From Phycisphaerae bacterium (GTDB lineage: Bacteria > Planctomycetota > Phycisphaerae > SM23-33): DNA of 64,000 nt. The stretch spans positions 3,115-67,114 of the forward strand of contig JASLNT010000050.1 in assembly GCA_030745875.1 (NCBI GenBank). Reading direction: 5' to 3'. The notes below the pieces were generated by a model that was not told the origin of the DNA, made no database searches, and saw only the letters and a list, made by a program, of their open reading frames with translations. The position numbers and the translations under genes were made by a program. Shown piece by piece: positions 38,202 to 47,000 of this stretch (position 1 is its first letter; each line of letters starts with the position of its first letter).

Positions 38202-39071
38202 TCAGGCGGGTCCGCCTGCGAGGCGACCGACGATAACATGATAAACGTTCAACGGTTCGGGAATCGAGACGAAATCTCCGAAGCCCGCCTGGGCGAACAA
38301 CGCCGACAGCTGCTCGGGGCTTCGATGGATCATATGCAGGCCCATTACGCGACGGAAGAACCGGTCCGTACCGTGGGCTTTGGAGATACTATTGAACACC
38401 ACAGATCCCCCCGGAGCCATTACTTCGGCCAGCGCCTTGACTATGTCGACGATCTGCTCGTCAGTCAGATACTCGCAGATACCAATCATCTTTACGACAA
38501 CCGGCGGGGGATCGAGCACATCCTTGACGTCTCGCACGTCGCCCTGAACGTACTTCACGCGATCGCCCACACCGCAGCTCTCAGCCAACTCGCGTCCGTA
38601 GTCAAACGCATCTGAGCTTATATCCACCAGCGTGGCGTACGAGCTTTCGGGCGCTTCGAGAAGGGCGTCGATGATGATTCTGCCCGGACCGGCTCCCAGG
38701 CACAACGCGTGGACTCCGTTTTCGGTTCCGTTATCGGCCTGTTCGATGAGCCTGGTCAGCAGCGTGGCCGCCAGGATACGACGATTCCGCAACGCCATAC
38801 TCATCGCGCCGCCATTGACGAGGAACTTGTCGGCGATCTGTTTGGGCTTTCCGTGGTAGCTTATCACCATCGATTTCCATCCGCCCGGATCGTTCCAGTT
38901 GCACTGGGCAAGCTCGCTCTTACCGAACCGCAGGGCGGCTTTCATTGCTACGGCGGGGATGTAGTTCACCAGCGGATTGAGCAGAGCCCGCTTCAGCACG
39001 CGCTTGACAGGCCCGATCCGTTCGAACTCAAGGTCGCCGACCCATGAATGTATTTCCTGATTCTGGTCCAT
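38202..39071 (-). CDS. class I SAM-dependent methyltransferase (Methyltransf_20-like)
   Basis: SAM-binding motif I ALCLGAGPGRII, then the acidic post-I residue in TLVDIS and GDVRDV. Its stop overlaps the start of the LarA-like gene. Confidence 0.8.
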   Translation of the reverse strand: MDQNQEIHSWVGDLEFERIGPVKRVLKRALLNPLVNYIPAVAMKAALRFGKSELAQCNWNDPGGWKSMVISYHGKPKQIADKFLVNGGAMSMALRNRRILAATLLTRLIEQADNGTENGVHALCLGAGPGRIIIDALLEAPESSYATLVDISSDAFDYGRELAESCGVGDRVKYVQGDVRDVKDVLDPPPVVVKMIGICEYLTDEQIVDIVKALAEVMAPGGSVVFNSISKAHGTDRFFRRVMGLHMIHRSPEQLSALFAQAGFGDFVSIPEPLNVYHVIVGRLAGGPA

Positions 39072-39426
39072 TGGCGAGAGTATACGCGCATCGACTCCCC
39101 ACAGACAAAGAGATTCTCATCTCGCCGGTCGGTTTGATCGGACCAGGTTCACATTTGGTTCACACTTTTTTCCGGCATGGGGATTGCCTGGAACGGGCGG
39201 TGATATTGAAAGCGAAAGTGATGGGTTAATGTAACGTATGAGTGTGTAAGTAGTTATGGCAACAGGCGGAGCGAAGGTGTCGGGAGGGTCGATAGCTGTT
39301 CGATAGTTCACACCGGAGCGAACTGTGAATGTCGCCCTCCGGTCGGTTTGGTCGGGAACATATCTCATGATATGTGCGTCATATTACGTGTAGCGTTCCG
39401 TCGGTATTCAGAGAAAGGGTTGTGCT

Positions 39427-40845
39427 ATGGCGAAATGGAGATCGTGTGCGGGCGTTCTGGTTGTGGCGATCGTGTTGGGCGTCGCGGCGGGAGCCCCAGC
39501 CGAGTCGGTAAGTTCGCACCACGGACCCGCCTGGCGATCCTACACCAAGCCCACGTCGATTGTCTTCAGCGCTGACGGCCGCCGGATCACCGCGAAATAC
39601 TGGCGCGCCGCAACGAATCGCCCCGGAACCGACTGGGCCGCATTTGTCGTCAAGTGGGATCTCGTCGACAAGAAACGAACGATCACGCCGGACGCCTCGC
39701 CCTCGAGGTCCAAACACACCTGGTCGCCCCCATCGACCGCTACGGATAAGGAGTTGGCGGCCGCAAAGCGTCTCCGCCTGCTTAAGCTTATCGGCCGGGG
39801 CGATCGCGTCCGCCTCAGCAGCGACGGAAAGCTGGTTGCGATCTGTGCTCGCGGCAAGACCGTCCTGCGCAAGAGCGACGGGAAACTCATCAAGACATTT
39901 CCAGCGGGCGGGGGCCAGGCCGCATTCAGCCCTGACTCCAAACGCCTCGCCGCGGCCGACTATCGCGGTATCATCCGCATATGGGACATTGCAACGTCGA
40001 AGCTCCTCCGCACGCTTCGCCTCGACGACCACAATGAGAACACCGTCCTGGCCGCAGCCGTCCAGATCGCAAGCAAATTCGGCGACCCGAAGGGCAATCG
40101 CAAGAGAATCCGACAGGCCGTCGCCAGCGCCGCCCGCCTGGGCGCCAAAATCGTCGTTCTGCCCGAAACTGCCGTAACCGGGTACATGACGTACGATATC
40201 AAGACCGCCTGGCGAGTTCCCGGACGCAACATCAGCGATGAGTTGCAGGGCTCCGATCCCAAGGACGCCGCCGAGACCGTTCCCGGCCCGTCGACAAAAT
40301 TCTTTGCACCGCTGGCCAAACAGTACGGGATATACCTTACTGTCCCGCTCCTGGAAATCGACCGCAAGAGCGGAAAGCACTACAACACTTCGGTCCTGCT
40401 GGGCCCCGACGGGAAGATACTCATCCACTATCGCAAGCGGAATCCGTGGATATGGGCCGAGATGGGCTGGGCCGAAGAGGGCAATCTGGGCAATCCCGTG
40501 GTCGACACGCCGTTCGGGCGCCTGGGTCTGCTTATCTGCTTCGATGTCCACGATCAGTTCAAAGTGATGAGCAAGAAGAAGATCGACACGCTGCTCTATT
40601 CCATCGCCTGGGTCGACGGCGCCGGAAGCGACTGGTTTTCGGTGCAGCTTCCGTCCAGGGCAAAAGAATGCGCGTTCAATGTCATCGGAGCCAACTGGAC
40701 CCTTCCGAAGGATTTTAAACCGAAATGGCACGGTTACGGTAAGAGTCTGATCATCTCATCCAAGGGCAAGATCCTCGCCAAAGCCGCCAAAGACCTGTCC
40801 GAAGAAACAGTCTTCGCCGAGATCCCAATCCCAAAGGCCAAGTAG
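39427..40845 (+). CDS. secreted fusion protein: WD40-like repeats plus carbon-nitrogen hydrolase (nitrilase superfamily) domain
   Basis: Signal peptide MAKWRSCAGVLVVAIVLGVAAGAPA. WD-like segments include FSPDSKRLAAADYRGIIRIWDIATSKLLRTL. CN-hydrolase E-K-C blocks are VVLPETAVTGY, HYRKRNPW and LLICFDVHD. Confidence 0.8.
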   Translation: MAKWRSCAGVLVVAIVLGVAAGAPAESVSSHHGPAWRSYTKPTSIVFSADGRRITAKYWRAATNRPGTDWAAFVVKWDLVDKKRTITPDASPSRSKHTWSPPSTATDKELAAAKRLRLLKLIGRGDRVRLSSDGKLVAICARGKTVLRKSDGKLIKTFPAGGGQAAFSPDSKRLAAADYRGIIRIWDIATSKLLRTLRLDDHNENTVLAAAVQIASKFGDPKGNRKRIRQAVASAARLGAKIVVLPETAVTGYMTYDIKTAWRVPGRNISDELQGSDPKDAAETVPGPSTKFFAPLAKQYGIYLTVPLLEIDRKSGKHYNTSVLLGPDGKILIHYRKRNPWIWAEMGWAEEGNLGNPVVDTPFGRLGLLICFDVHDQFKVMSKKKIDTLLYSIAWVDGAGSDWFSVQLPSRAKECAFNVIGANWTLPKDFKPKWHGYGKSLIISSKGKILAKAAKDLSEETVFAEIPIPKAK

Positions 40846-40962
40846 CCCCCCCGATTGCCCCAAGCTCTTATCGCCCAAAGGCCGCCCGGTGCTCTCTCGC
40901 TGACGCATCAATGCGGCGAGTTCGGCCTCCCCCGCAGCCTCAATGCTGTCACGATGTTTCAT
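40846..40962 (-). pseudogene. possible relic of the C-terminal tail of an IS200/RayT-like (COG1943) transposase-family gene
   Basis: The short minus-strand reading MKHRDSIEAAGEAELAALMRQRESTGRPLGDKSLG resembles, from memory, the ...L.AIRR....GRPLGS... tail of those proteins. No catalytic domain is present. Confidence 0.25.
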
Positions 40963-41161
40963 TATCTTGCCCTTTTGTGCATAATGACACGTCTTGCAGG
41001 CCTTGCATGACGCCATGCGTCTCAAGCGGGCAACCGCCGGCCCGTTGATCTGCGAGTGACGAGGTTTTTGTTATTGTGTTATTGGTTCATTCAGATGTTC
41101 GTGCGATTCATAATCGAAGACGACAATTCGATTGCGATCAAGAAACAGTGAGGACCCGCCC

Positions 41162-43501
41162 GTGAAAAGGATGTTTTTAAAGAGTGTTCTTGTCGCCGCT
41201 TTAATTCTTGGATGCCGCGGCGCCGCGGTGCTTGCTGCGCCCGCCAAGGCGCCCGGGCGCATTGTGATATTTGTCCCGGTTCCCGATCAGGCCGGGTGGG
41301 GTGAGATGGCGTATCTGGCGGGGGTTCCGGCTGGAATGGTCGCCACCGGCGGTAAACCCGCGGTGATAGCCCTGCCGGGCAAGGGCGATATCGGCGTGGA
41401 AATTCGCGACTACCTGAAAAGATACAAACCCGCGCGGACATATGCAGTTTCCAGTGAAACCGCCTGCGCCGCGGCGGTGGAGTTGTCAAAGGCGTTCTGG
41501 AAAGCCAGCCCGACAGCGGTGCTCTGCGGGCCGGATGATTACGCATCAGCGCTGGCTGGCTCGTCGCTTGCCAGCCGCCTGGGCGCACCGCTGCTGTTCT
41601 GCGGCCGCGATACAGGGCGAGAGTTGAGCAGGCTTGGCGTCAAGCGAGTGATCGTGATGGGCAAGGCGAAGTTCAGTTCGAGCCATGTGAAGGTCACTCG
41701 CCTGGCCGACGCCAAAGCCATGCTCGTCTGGATGCGGAAGAACGGACACAAGATCACCTATATCGCAGCGGTGAATCCGACTGATCGGACCGATACGGTC
41801 ATCAGGAAGCTGTCGCTGGCCGGTTCGCTGCTGGCGGCCGGACGCGGCGGGGCGGTGCTTCCGCTGAACTACAAGTCGCGATGGAAAACCTCGTTTGCGG
41901 GCGAACCGCTCAAGGGCGACCCGCCCAAGGGCGTCACCGTCAAGAAGCGGTCAAAGAACAAGAAGGACCTCCCGCGAACCGGCGTGATAAAACTCGACGG
42001 GAAGGACTACGCCTTCGCCGCCACGATAAAACCGTATCGTCTCTACATTGACTTCAACGGAGACGGAGCGTTTGACGCCAAGGGCGAGGAGCCCCTGAAG
42101 GCCGGTGACATTGTGACGCTTGGCGATAAGTCGTATGCGATAACCCTGGGGGGCAATAGCGGTGTCGGCAGGGCGGACGTCCGGTTGAGCTGGCCTACCG
42201 CGCAGGAAGTTTGCGACGACCTGAAGGCCTTCTATCAAGCCGCCGGAGCCCCTCCGGAGCATCTGTGCATCGTGGGCTTTCCCGACTCATTTCCGCAAGC
42301 GGTGATTCAGCGAGAGCCCAGCGCCCGGTACGGCGACGTGCTGACCGATTACCCCTACGCCAACACCGACGCCGACGCGTTTGCGGAAATCGCCGTCGCG
42401 CGCCTGATCGGTGAGAATGCGTCGCTGGCGACACTGTATGCAAGCCGGGTGCTCACTTACGAATCTTTGCTGGATGCATCGTGGAAGGACGAAATCGGGC
42501 AGGCGCGTTGGGAGAATTCGTATTGGCCCCTATTCGAGAATCGCGGTTTCACCAGGCAGCACCACCACGACGTGGACGACTTGAAGTGGCTCGTCAAGCC
42601 CGCCAAGGACGTCAGGGGCAAGCGGGAAAGGGAGTTAGGCCAGTCATCGCCGCTGTCGAACGTAGCGGCGATTACGCACATCGCCCACTCCAATTGGAAA
42701 GCCCTCGGGCAGACTTATACCTGGAATTCGACGGTTCTGCTGGCTCCGGCGATGGTTGAGTCCGGCGGGTGTTTGACCGCGACGTTGGACCGCGACGCGG
42801 AATATCGGACGGTGGTGGCCAGGTTCCTGCGAAATGGCGCGGTGGGATTTGTTGGTAATATTCGCCCCGGCATAGGGCACCAGGAGCACCTGCGGATGGC
42901 GTTCTGGAACGGGGTGCTGGACGCCAAAACGATCGGCCAGGCGCACCGCATGTCGCAGAACAGCATGTGCCTTGAGGCGATGGACCGTGGGCAGCTGGAA
43001 AGAGGCGGCCCCCTGCGTTACAGCTTGAACATCCGCATGTTGTTTGGCGATCCGGCGTTTCGCATGAGACTGCCCGCGGCTCCGAAGACGACGGCGGCGC
43101 ATGTGACGGTCAAGGGCGATACGGTGACGGTGCATGGTCCCGGGGCGTGGTGGCCGGTTGATATTCGCGTACCGGAAGATTGGAAGAAGTGGACGGGCAA
43201 GAAACTCTACGTTTGTCGCGGACCCGGGGTCTACGTGTCGAGGAACTGGTGCGGCGGCGGGTACGGGATCGAGCGACATTGCGTAAACGCTTCGATCCGC
43301 ACATCCAAGAAAATCAAGAGCATCAGGCAAATCCAAAGCCCGCCGGCGCCGCTCGGGTGGAACGAGAAGTTCTGGTCCGACGAACACGCCGACGGGACGC
43401 GAACCTATAGTTGGCGAGTTCGCCTGCTGGACTTCGACCAGCCAACCGGTAAGATCACCAACAAGATCGACCGCGTCGACTACCGCATTGAATGGGAGTA
43501 A
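41162..43501 (+). CDS. secreted clan-CD cysteine peptidase, C25 (gingipain)-like, with N-terminal CW_binding_2-like repeats
   Basis: GTG 41162 lies after GAGGA (alternative start ATG 41171). Signal peptide present. N-terminal segments look like cell-wall-binding repeat 2 (YASALAGSSLASRLGAPLLF...VKRVIVMG). C25-like blocks are LCIVGFPDSFPQ, TDYPYANTDADAFAEIAVARLIG...YES, His in THIAHSNW and Cys in ESGGCLTA. Confidence 0.65.
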   Translation: MKRMFLKSVLVAALILGCRGAAVLAAPAKAPGRIVIFVPVPDQAGWGEMAYLAGVPAGMVATGGKPAVIALPGKGDIGVEIRDYLKRYKPARTYAVSSETACAAAVELSKAFWKASPTAVLCGPDDYASALAGSSLASRLGAPLLFCGRDTGRELSRLGVKRVIVMGKAKFSSSHVKVTRLADAKAMLVWMRKNGHKITYIAAVNPTDRTDTVIRKLSLAGSLLAAGRGGAVLPLNYKSRWKTSFAGEPLKGDPPKGVTVKKRSKNKKDLPRTGVIKLDGKDYAFAATIKPYRLYIDFNGDGAFDAKGEEPLKAGDIVTLGDKSYAITLGGNSGVGRADVRLSWPTAQEVCDDLKAFYQAAGAPPEHLCIVGFPDSFPQAVIQREPSARYGDVLTDYPYANTDADAFAEIAVARLIGENASLATLYASRVLTYESLLDASWKDEIGQARWENSYWPLFENRGFTRQHHHDVDDLKWLVKPAKDVRGKRERELGQSSPLSNVAAITHIAHSNWKALGQTYTWNSTVLLAPAMVESGGCLTATLDRDAEYRTVVARFLRNGAVGFVGNIRPGIGHQEHLRMAFWNGVLDAKTIGQAHRMSQNSMCLEAMDRGQLERGGPLRYSLNIRMLFGDPAFRMRLPAAPKTTAAHVTVKGDTVTVHGPGAWWPVDIRVPEDWKKWTGKKLYVCRGPGVYVSRNWCGGGYGIERHCVNASIRTSKKIKSIRQIQSPPAPLGWNEKFWSDEHADGTRTYSWRVRLLDFDQPTGKITNKIDRVDYRIEWE

Positions 43502-44011
43502 CGACCTGGCCGAAGAAGCAGTCCACGCCGAAATCTCGATACCTGCGTCTGGCGGTTGCGGGCTGGGCGGTGAATGATTAAGTAAGATATTCCCGGGATT
43601 AGGCCTGATCCCGACACCCTGTGTATGACGGATAACTGATGCCTGATCACTGCCTGTTAATTCCTATCAAATAGGTCGTATTGCAGCCACTTATTTAAGT
43701 ATATGCAGTGGTTTTGGTTTGGAGATATGGGGATGTCATGCTATAGTAGCAATTGCTCTGCTAAGCTTCGGGAGCGGCAGAGCGGAATTCGACCTGAGCC
43801 GGTCGAATCTAAAACGAGGTATGGGCGTTACAGCTTTTTTGCACGACCTTAAGGTCGGATATCCGCCGCGTCGAAGATCCGCCTTTGGCGGAGCGGGCGG
43901 AGCCGAACGAATTCCCCTACATAGAGGGCTTGTGTGTTGCGCCTCGGGCGGGCGTTGTCGCGCCTTCTAAATACCGATACGCAATGAATATCTGAAGAAA
44001 GGGATGCGATT

Positions 44012-47000
44012 ATGAATGAACGTGCGAATATTACCGTGCTTTGCAGTGTTGTTGCGTTGGCTGTTCTAGGGGCCGGGTCGCTCCAGGCCGCTGACTACAA
44101 TTGGAATGTGGGCGACGGCGCGTTTGATACGCCTTCTTCCTGGGATCCGGCCGGGCCTCCGGCGGGTGGAGACACCGCGCTGTTCGCACTGCCCGGATCA
44201 CATACCGTAACCTTTGGCAGCAGCCCCGCAAACGGGTTGCTGTCCATCTCGTACGGCGACTATGATTTCAATCTACAGGGCAATACGTACACTCTGAATA
44301 CCGGGGTATCTGTTACTGTAGGAGATGAGGCGGGATCCGAGGCAAGCCTGACCCTGCTGGACGGAACGCTATCGGGGAGAAATGCCGGCATTGGCTACCA
44401 AGCCGGCTCGGACGGCACGGTGACGGTGGACGGCGCGGGATCGTTCTGGACGAACTCGTTCAACTTCTACGTCGGGAAATATGGCTCGGGCGCGCTGAAC
44501 ATTCTGAATGGCGGGGCCGTGTCGAGCAGTTCAACTTCTTACCAACGGGGCTCCCACATTGGGGCCTACAACGGCTCGAACGGTACGGTGACAGTGGACG
44601 GGGCGGGATCGATCTGGACGGATTCGGGTAATATGTATATTGGCGGTTTGTATAATGCCGCTGGGGGGACAGGCGAACTGACCGTCAGCAACGGTGGTTC
44701 TGTCAGCGTAACGGGTACGCTTAAACTTTGGTCCGGAGGCACGCTGAATATCAGCAACGGAAACATCTCGTCGGCATCAATGGTAAATGTCGGCGGTACG
44801 GTGAACATCAGCGACGGAAACATCTCGACCGCGTCGATGACAAATAACGGCGGTGCGGTGAACTTTGATAACGGCACGCTCACAACCGAATCGTTCCAGA
44901 GTGCGGCCGATAGTCTGAGCGGCGTGGGCGTAATCAATACCCATGGTTTGGCAAGCGATGTCGATCTGGTTTTCGACGCCGAAAACGGTCTGACGCAAAT
45001 CTTGACGATCGACGGACCCGGACAGGACATCACTGTGAACCTGGATGCGGACGGTTCGGGAGCAATGGGCGCCGGATACGGAGGTGAGGGCTCAATGCAC
45101 ATCTCTGATGGTGTTGCACTGCAGTCAACCCACGGCTACATCGGCTACGCTGTCGGCTCGAACGGTACGGTGACGGCCGATGGGTCGGGATCGACCTGGA
45201 CAAACTCGAAAATCCTCTATGTCGGCTCCAGCGGCACGGGCGTGCTGAACGTTCTCAATGGCGGCGCGGTGTCGAACGCCTCCGGCTACGTCGGGCGCTA
45301 TGTCGGGTCGGACGGTACGGTGACGGTGGACGGGTCGGGATCGACCTGGACAAACTCGGGCGCTCTGTATATCGCCGGTTCGAATAGTTCCGGGGGCACA
45401 GGCGAACTGACCGTCAGCAACGGTGGTTCTGTCAATGTAACGGGTACGCTTAAACTTTGGTCCGGAGGCACGCTGAACATCAGCGACGGAAACGTCTCGG
45501 CTGCGTCGGTGATAAATAACGGCGGTGCGGTGAACTTCGATAACGGTACGCTCACAACCGAATTGCTCCAGAGCGCCGCGGATAATCTGAGCGGCGTGGG
45601 CGTGATCAACACCAATAGTTTGGTAAGTGATGTCAATCTTGTGTTCGACGCGGCAAACGGTCTGACGCAAGTCTTGACGATCGACGGACCCGGGCAGGAC
45701 ATCACTGTGAATCTGGACGCCGACGGTTCGGGACCAATGGGCGCCGGATACGGCGGCGAGGGCTCAATGCACATCTCCGATGCTTTGACACTGCAGTCGA
45801 CCGACGGCTACGTCGGCTACGAAGCCGGCTCGAACGGTACGGTGACGGTGGACGGTGCGGGATCGACCTGGACAAACTCGAGTTTCCTCCAGGTCGGCTT
45901 CTACGGCACGGGCGCGCTGAACGTTCTCAATGGCGGCGCGGTGTCGAACACCTACGCCTACGTCGGGCGCTATGTCGGCTCGGACGGTACAGTGACGGTG
46001 GACGGTGCGGGATCGACCTGGACAAACTCGAGTTTCTTCCAGGTCGGCGCCAATGGCACGGGCGTGCTGAACGTTCTCAATGGCGGCGCGGTGTCGAACA
46101 AGTCCGGTTCCGTCGGGACCTCTGTCGGCTCGGACGGTAGGGTGACTGTGGATGGGGCGGGATCGACCTGGACAAACTTGCAATCCTTCAAGGTCGGCGC
46201 CAATGGCGCGGGCGTGCTGAACGTTCTCAATGGCGGCGCGGTGTCGAACACCGCCGGCTACGTCGGCTACGCTGTCGGCTCGAACGGTACGGTGACTGTG
46301 GATGGTGCGGGATCGACCTGGACAAACTCGAGTTTCCTCATGGTCGGCTCCAACGGCACAGGCGCGCTGAACGTTCTCAATGGCGGCGCGGTGTCGAACA
46401 CCTTCGGCTACGTCGGGCGCTATGTCGGCTCGGACGGTACAGTGATCGTGGACGGTGCGGGATCGACCTGGACAAACTCGGGTTCCCTCCTGGTCGGCGT
46501 CAACGGCACAGGCACGCTGAACGTTCTCAATGGCGGCGCGGTGTCGAGCGCATACGGCTACGTCGGGCTCCATGCCGGCTCGGGCGGTACAGTAACGGTG
46601 GCCGGCGCAGGATCGACCTGGGCAAATTCGGACGGTCTGTATATCGGCGGTTGGTCCAATTCCACCGGGGGAGCCGGGCAGGTCACTGTCGATAACGGCG
46701 GCTTGGTCAGCGTCGGGATGCAGTTGGAGGTCTGGCGCGAAGGAACGTTGGACACGACCAGCAGCGGAGAAGTTGTCGTCGGCGGAGCGGCTGTCGGCGC
46801 CGCCGGCAGCCTCACAATCGGTTCTGACGCCGCGGGCGAATTCAGCGTTGTCGACGGCGGCGGCGTATCGAACTCCACAGGATACATTGGATATTCCAGC
46901 GGCTCGGTCGGCGCCGCGACGGTGGACGGGGCGGGATCGACCTGGGCGAACTCGAATAGCCTGTATATCGGCGGTTCGTCGAGTTCCGCCGGTGGGACAG

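Noticed and set aside
39307-39329. TTCACA-N11-TGTGAA, considered as a CRP/FNR-type site.
   Set aside because: CRP/FNR consensus sites have the opposite half-site orientation and a different spacing (TGTGA-N6-TCACA). The element is reported only as an unassigned inverted repeat.
39117-39368. 83-codon minus-strand ORF immediately upstream of the MTase/LarA-like/radical-SAM cluster, considered as a possible precursor peptide.
   Set aside because: It has no SD before its ATG. It spans the repeated operator-like motifs. Its composition is unremarkable and there is no Cys/Ser/Thr-rich core. I kept it only as something to test, under the cluster finding.
39379-40731. 450-aa minus-strand ORF covering the CN-hydrolase gene.
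   Set aside because: The plus-strand frame carries the full E-K-C nitrilase motifs and a signal peptide. The antisense product is low-complexity (R/G/A/P/D) with no recognisable domain.
43719-43970. 83-aa ORF in the long region upstream of the PEP-CTERM giant.
   Set aside because: It has no SD, its composition is odd (G/R/C/A-rich tail), and it coincides with hairpin-forming sequence. I treated it as non-coding leader rather than a gene.
45811-46710. A regular 150-nt periodicity that could be mistaken for a CRISPR or satellite array.
   Set aside because: The units are contiguous with no unique spacers, are 150 nt long, and are in frame within a continuous 1543-aa ORF. There are no cas genes. 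They are coding tandem repeats.
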